Assembly (NCBI GenBank): GCA_963805625.1
Contig: CAWDVE010000014.1
Location: 64,001-128,000, forward strand
Reading direction: 5' to 3'
Source of the DNA: an uncultured Candidatus Rokubacteria bacterium
GTDB taxonomy: Bacteria > Methylomirabilota > Methylomirabilia > Rokubacteriales > DASRDR01
Length of the DNA: 64,000 bases
The translations under genes were made by a program, and so were the position numbers. The notes under the pieces were generated by a model. The model was not told where the DNA came from, did no database searches, and saw only the letters and a program-made list of their open reading frames with translations. Position 1 is the first letter of the stretch; every line of letters starts with the position of its first letter. Below are positions 59,551 through 64,000 of the stretch, in pieces.

Positions 59551-60160
59551 CTACGCGCCGGTCTTGCCGACAACCTGGAACGGGTACATCCGCGGAATCA
59601 CGAGCGCGAGCGCCGCCGCCGCGACGATTCCCAGGGCCGTGCCTACCAGGAAAAGCGACCAGGTGTTCGGTCGGATGGCCCCGAGGGCCACGATGACGAA
59701 GAGAATCGGCAGATCAAGGAAGTGGGTGAACGTTGGCACGTGCTCCTGTCGGGCTCTCTCGAGCTCGGGGGTGGAGGTTCCCTGCTCCAGGGCAGCGATG
59801 GTCAATCGTCGGAGTCGCATGAAGTAGAGCCGCGTGATCGTGTTCCCTTCGATGAACTCGAACGCGAAGAGAGCCACCATGCCCGCGAGCCACGGCATTC
59901 CCAAGAACGCCCAACCGCCGTAGACCGTCACCGTTAGCCAGGTGCCGGAGCCCAGCAGAAGGAGGGCACCCGGAACCACGAGACCATCATAGAACACCGC
60001 GACCTGGCGGATGCTCTCGGCGAAGAGCTCGAGGTGGTGGACTTGCCGTGACCGCAGATCGGCGTACCAGACGCCAATCAACCCGGCGCCCATGAGCGTC
60101 AAGCCGAGAAGATGGACGAATCTCAGGATGGGGTAGGTGATCGAGTGCCTCCAGCGTCGG
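59551..60160 (-). CDS. DUF2269-like membrane protein (start uncertain)
   Basis: LRFVHLLG..L..G, VVPG.LLLLGSG, conserved-looking H.LD. Confidence 0.7.
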
Positions 60161-60188
60161 CCGGATGACCGTCCGCCTGTCCCTGCGC

Positions 60189-60809
60189 TCAGTGGTCCCC
60201 TGTCGCACGCAATTGCCCGCCCCAACGAAGGGTCAGCTCCTGCTGGTTCGAGAGCTCCAGCAGAAGGACCTGTCCCGACTCGACCTCCACCGTCGCCGCG
60301 ATACGCCGCTCGGACGACGATGTCGCGGCACCCTTCGCGGGTGCCCCGCCCGCCTCGACGAGCGCCCCTTCAAGGACGTGACGGCCTAGCGGCACCGAGA
60401 GCTCCTCGTACACGAACGTAGGGCCGTCGTGCCGGAGCCCGCTCGGCCGGTAGGTCCTCTCGAGGATGGGCCGGCCGTCCAACGTAACGCGAAGGGTCGT
60501 ATCACGGCGGGTCCCAGTCGCGCCGCTCTGGCCGCCCTGGGGTCGCATGTGCCGCGGGAGCTTCTCCAGCTCCTCCCGCGAGAGCGCGGCACCCGTCTCC
60601 GCGAACGTGGAGACGTGTTTGAAGGCGACCTTGAGCATCGCGACGCCGGGCGGTGTGGCGGCCCACGGGAACGACGAGAAGACGGCGAGGCCCGCAGCAA
60701 CAGCCAGGAAGAGCAGGACGAACCCGGCGAGCCGCCCCGGCCTTGGCCGGCGGTCTTCGAGCACTGGCGGCACCGCCTCTGACGATAGGGGTGCATCCTG
60801 CGCCGTCAC
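60189..60809 (-). CDS. Single-TM periplasmic hypothetical protein accompanying the cytb-Fd-MvhD gene
   Basis: LSREELEKLPRHMR, LDG..ILERTYRPSGLRHDG; GTGA overlap with the upstream stop. Confidence 0.7.
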   Translation of the reverse strand: MTAQDAPLSSEAVPPVLEDRRPRPGRLAGFVLLFLAVAAGLAVFSSFPWAATPPGVAMLKVAFKHVSTFAETGAALSREELEKLPRHMRPQGGQSGATGTRRDTTLRVTLDGRPILERTYRPSGLRHDGPTFVYEELSVPLGRHVLEGALVEAGGAPAKGAATSSSERRIAATVEVESGQVLLLELSNQQELTLRWGGQLRATGDH

Positions 60810-62449
60810 GCCGCAAGCCTCCGCGCGAACGCCGCGAGATCGCGGAGGAAACGGTCCACCTCCACCGCCGCGTACCAGCGGGCGACGAGTCGCCCCTCGG
60901 GCAGGCCCTTGAGAGACGGCAGTCGCTGCCCCGAGAGACGTTCCGCGAGCCACTGACTCCCCTCCCGGGCGGAGCAGTTCTCCGGCACGCACCCGGCGAC
61001 GAACACGCCCCGGGCCCCGGCGGCGAGCGTCTTCGTGATCATGTCGGGGTGCAGCATCCCGACGCACGGAAGCCCCATCACCGTGACGCCCGGCAGGCCG
61101 ACCAGGCTCCCTTCCGGCGAGAGAGAGTCGCCGAGGCGGCTCATGAGCCGGCACGCGTAGACGACGACTGGCGGTCCCTCGCCTGCCGCCGAGGCGGCGC
61201 GGAGGCGCCACGTGACGGCCTCACCGAGCACGCTCACCGGCTGGTCGCCGAGGAGGATCCCCGCTGAGTCGCAAGCGCCGACACAGATCCCGCATCCCAC
61301 GCACTTCGCCGGGTTGACGACCGCCACCTGCTTGTAGCGTCCCCCTTCCTGGCGCGGAACCATAACGATGGCCTCGTACGGGCAGTCCTTCCAGCAGCGC
61401 GTGCAGCCGGTGCACGCCGAGTTCTCGATGCGGGCCTGCGGAGGAGCCGGCCCGCGCAAGAGCCACGGGAGCGCGGCGACCACGAGCCCGGTCCCGAAGG
61501 TGAGCGCTCCCCCGACCTTCGGGTCGAGTCCCGTGAGCGGGAAGTAGAAGAAGTAGAACCAGTCGATCGAGACGAGACCCGGGAGGCGCGACAGGTCGGC
61601 CGGCGGGCCCGAGACAGCCGGGCGCACGAGGCTAGCGACGACGAGCGCCGTCCCCGTGACCCACAGCACGACGCGGGGCGGCATGAACCGCGCCCGGGAC
61701 AGGCGCATGACGTGGAACCAGTAGGCCGCCCCCAGGAGAAACGGGATCGAGATGTGCGCGAAGAGCACCAGGAAGAAGAGGAACGTCTGGATGCGCTCGG
61801 AATCCACGAACGTGCGGACGAGCGGCTCGCCGAAGATGGGCAGGACGTCGAGGAGCTTCGCGGTCGTCACGGAGAGGATCTGGGCCTGCACATCCCAGAC
61901 GAGCCAGTAGCCGGTGGCCCCTGTCACCCAGACGAGCGAGAGAAGCGCGAGACCCGAGACCCATCCGATCCAGCGGGCTCCCCAGAATCGGTCGTCGAGC
62001 AGCATCTTCAGCCCGTGGAGCGCCGCGGCCAGGATCGCCGCGTCCGATGCGTAGCGGTGGAGCGACCGCATCAGGGCGCCGATCCCGAGGGGATGGACCA
62101 TGATCCCCTCGATCGAACGGTGGGCGGCCTCGGTCCCCACCCGATAGAACACGAAGAGGTACAGGCCCGTCACGGTAGCGACCGCCAGCGAGAAGACCGC
62201 GATCGTGCCCGAGTGGTAGAGGGGGTTCAGGGACGGGGAGACGATCCGGTCGAGCAGCACCTCCGCCCACTGATAGACGGTGGCGGCCCCGGAGAGCAGA
62301 CGACGGGGCCAGCGCGCCCGGCGGAGCGGGCGCGGCGGAAACGCCAGGAAAGGGCGGCGCGGCACCGGCGGCGCCGTTACCCCTTCCGACCCGGTCATTG
62401 GCGCCCCGACCATCGGGTCGCCGCGGTCGGTCCCGTCGGGCACCGTCAC
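60806..62449 (-). CDS. Cytochrome b N-terminal domain + 2x[4Fe-4S] ferredoxin + MvhD/FlpD-like domain fusion
   Basis: RSLHRYASDA..AALHGL, W.SG..TGYWLVWD; CTGCTRCWKDCP, CVGCGICVGAC; VYAC..LPCVGM..GVFVAGC..NCSAREG. Confidence 0.88.
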   Translation of the reverse strand: MTVPDGTDRGDPMVGAPMTGSEGVTAPPVPRRPFLAFPPRPLRRARWPRRLLSGAATVYQWAEVLLDRIVSPSLNPLYHSGTIAVFSLAVATVTGLYLFVFYRVGTEAAHRSIEGIMVHPLGIGALMRSLHRYASDAAILAAALHGLKMLLDDRFWGARWIGWVSGLALLSLVWVTGATGYWLVWDVQAQILSVTTAKLLDVLPIFGEPLVRTFVDSERIQTFLFFLVLFAHISIPFLLGAAYWFHVMRLSRARFMPPRVVLWVTGTALVVASLVRPAVSGPPADLSRLPGLVSIDWFYFFYFPLTGLDPKVGGALTFGTGLVVAALPWLLRGPAPPQARIENSACTGCTRCWKDCPYEAIVMVPRQEGGRYKQVAVVNPAKCVGCGICVGACDSAGILLGDQPVSVLGEAVTWRLRAASAAGEGPPVVVYACRLMSRLGDSLSPEGSLVGLPGVTVMGLPCVGMLHPDMITKTLAAGARGVFVAGCVPENCSAREGSQWLAERLSGQRLPSLKGLPEGRLVARWYAAVEVDRFLRDLAAFARRLAA

Positions 62450-63327
62450 CCCCGCTCGGCGAGGAGGCGCGCGAGATCCGCCTCGATGCGCGTCTCCGGG
62501 TGCGCGAGCCCGCGGTAGGTAAAGGCGGCGCGTCCTGCGCGATCGAGCAGCACCACCACGTTGTCGTGGGCCAGCTCGCCGTCGGGCAGGCGCATCACCT
62601 GCACGCGGTGCGCCTCGGCGACCCGCCGCACCGCGGCGGGGTCGCCCGTCAGGAGATGCCAGCGGGGACCGAGACCCCAGCGCGCCGCATGCTCGGCAAG
62701 GACGGCCGGCGTGTCCCGCTCGGGATCGAGCGTCACGGCAACGAAACGCGCAGCCCCGGACTGGCGCGCCTCGAGCCCCTGCAGGCGTCCGAGGAGCGCG
62801 GGACAGGTCGCGTGACAGTTCGTATAGATGAACGTCAACACCGCCGGCGTTCCGCGCAGCGTCTCGGCCGTCACGCGCGCCCCGCGGTGGTCGACCAGGG
62901 AAAATGCCGGTCCAGGCGATCCGTCGCGGATCGGGGCGGGGAGCACCATCGGGGTTGGGGGCATTCCCGTCGCCGAGACCTCGGCGGTCGCGAGAAGCCA
63001 GGTCGCCGGCCCGAGGAAGAGCGCCGCGGCCAGGGCGACGGCGGCTCGACCACGCCACGCGCGGAGAAAGGCGCGGAGCTCGTCCGCGTAGAACAGGCCG
63101 ACCACCGCGACGAACAGCGGCGGCTGGAGGAGCGCCAGGAGCAGCGCGTCCAGCCGGTAGCGCCGAGCCGCGGCGTTCCAGCCGAAGCACGCCGTCAGGA
63201 GCGTGTCCGCCCACGCGCCGAGCCCGGGACCGACGAGAAGGAAGATGACCATGGCCGAGCCCCACACTAGCGCCGCCAGCACGAGGCCGGGAGCGAGGCC
63301 GGCGCGGGACGGCACGAGGCTCACCAT
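62446..63327 (-). CDS. SCO family protein with N-terminal TM region
   Basis: FIYTNCHATCP, LDPERDTP, WHLLTG, H. Confidence 0.88.
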   Translation of the reverse strand: MVSLVPSRAGLAPGLVLAALVWGSAMVIFLLVGPGLGAWADTLLTACFGWNAAARRYRLDALLLALLQPPLFVAVVGLFYADELRAFLRAWRGRAAVALAAALFLGPATWLLATAEVSATGMPPTPMVLPAPIRDGSPGPAFSLVDHRGARVTAETLRGTPAVLTFIYTNCHATCPALLGRLQGLEARQSGAARFVAVTLDPERDTPAVLAEHAARWGLGPRWHLLTGDPAAVRRVAEAHRVQVMRLPDGELAHDNVVVLLDRAGRAAFTYRGLAHPETRIEADLARLLAERG

Positions 63328-64000
63328 CGTCGGATCGCCACGTCCAGCGCCACGCCCAGGAAGAGCAGGAGGAGGAAGAGGTTGGACGCGTGGAAGCTCT
63401 GAAGGGCGAGCCGTCGATCGGTCGGATGGGCCCGGAGCCCTGCCTGGCGGATCACGAGCAGGCTCCCGCCCACCACGACCCCTAGCAGGAGATACACCCA
63501 GCCCAGGATCCCCAGGGCGAAAGGCAAGATGCTCGCGGTGAGAAGCCCGGCCGTGTTCAGGAGAATACCCCGGGCGGCGCCGGCCTCGCCCTTGACGACC
63601 GGGAGCATCGGGATCCGCGCGCCCGCGTAGTCCTGCTTGTAGGCGATGGCCAGGCTCCAGAAGTGGGAAGGGCTCCAGAAGAAGAGCACGAGCGCGAACA
63701 GGACGGGCGGCAGGCACAGCTCGGGCCGCGCGGCCGAGCCGCCGGCGAGGACGGCGAAGGAGCCGGCCAGCCCGCCGATCACCACGTTGAGCCAGGATCG
63801 CCGCTTGAGCCAGACGGTGTAGACGATGACGTACGTGAACGCGCCGAGGAAGACGTGGAGCCCCACCAGGGGGTTGAGCCGCCAGAATGCGAGGCCCACG
63901 CCGATGCCGACGAGGCCGAGCCCGAGCGCGACGACGTGCCAGACGTGCCGGATGCGCCCCGACGGCAACGGGCGCCGCGCGGTCCGCGGCATGCGCGCGT
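63321..64000 (-). CDS. ctaB: Protoheme IX farnesyltransferase (heme O synthase); 5' end outside the window
   Basis: MPRTARRPLPSG, YTVWLKRR..NVVIGG, W.P.HFWSLA...DY....IPMLPV. Confidence 0.92.
   Translation of the reverse strand, partial: ARMPRTARRPLPSGRIRHVWHVVALGLGLVGIGVGLAFWRLNPLVGLHVFLGAFTYVIVYTVWLKRRSWLNVVIGGLAGSFAVLAGGSAARPELCLPPVLFALVLFFWSPSHFWSLAIAYKQDYAGARIPMLPVVKGEAGAARGILLNTAGLLTASILPFALGILGWVYLLLGVVVGGSLLVIRQAGLRAHPTDRRLALQSFHASNLFLLLLFLGVALDVAIRRW

Noticed and set aside
60806-61200. Hydrogenase or heterodisulfide reductase inferred from the MvhD-like domain
   Set aside because: No catalytic subunits or maturation genes in the window; the context is heme/copper.

Overview
GC-rich bacterial DNA (about 70% by eye). 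The gene repertoire (Zn-ribbon/cyclase/AAA/TPR proteins, sigma54-AAA-TPR fusions, DRR/ERR-repeat small protein) suggests Ca. Rokubacteria/Methylomirabilota; this is an inference. Intact modules: a LuxR-hydrolase-FAD oxidoreductase unit; a sugar ABC importer without its ATPase; an ECF sigma/ZAS anti-sigma pair divergent from a YVTN-cupredoxin gene; AlkB; a complete 1.35-kb IS; sufBCDSUT-rrf2; a DUF6582-cyclase fusion; a four-domain fused ABC exporter; a methanethiol-oxidase-like SBP56 gene plus SCO behind a consensus sigma54 promoter facing a giant sigma54-activator/STAND/TPR gene; LigAB-like dioxygenase; a 5'-nucleotidase; and the 3' part of a heme-copper/nitrosative-stress accessory operon running off the right edge. 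Between these lie about 20 short gene remnants, and several genes carry single-base frameshifts. No rRNA, tRNA or CRISPR array was seen. The best sequence-level signals are twin back-to-back ECF promoters, the sigma54/mtoX module and a ghost second copy of its layout, the IS end architecture, and an FNR-like palindrome at -41.5. All family calls come from motif recognition by eye, not database searches.
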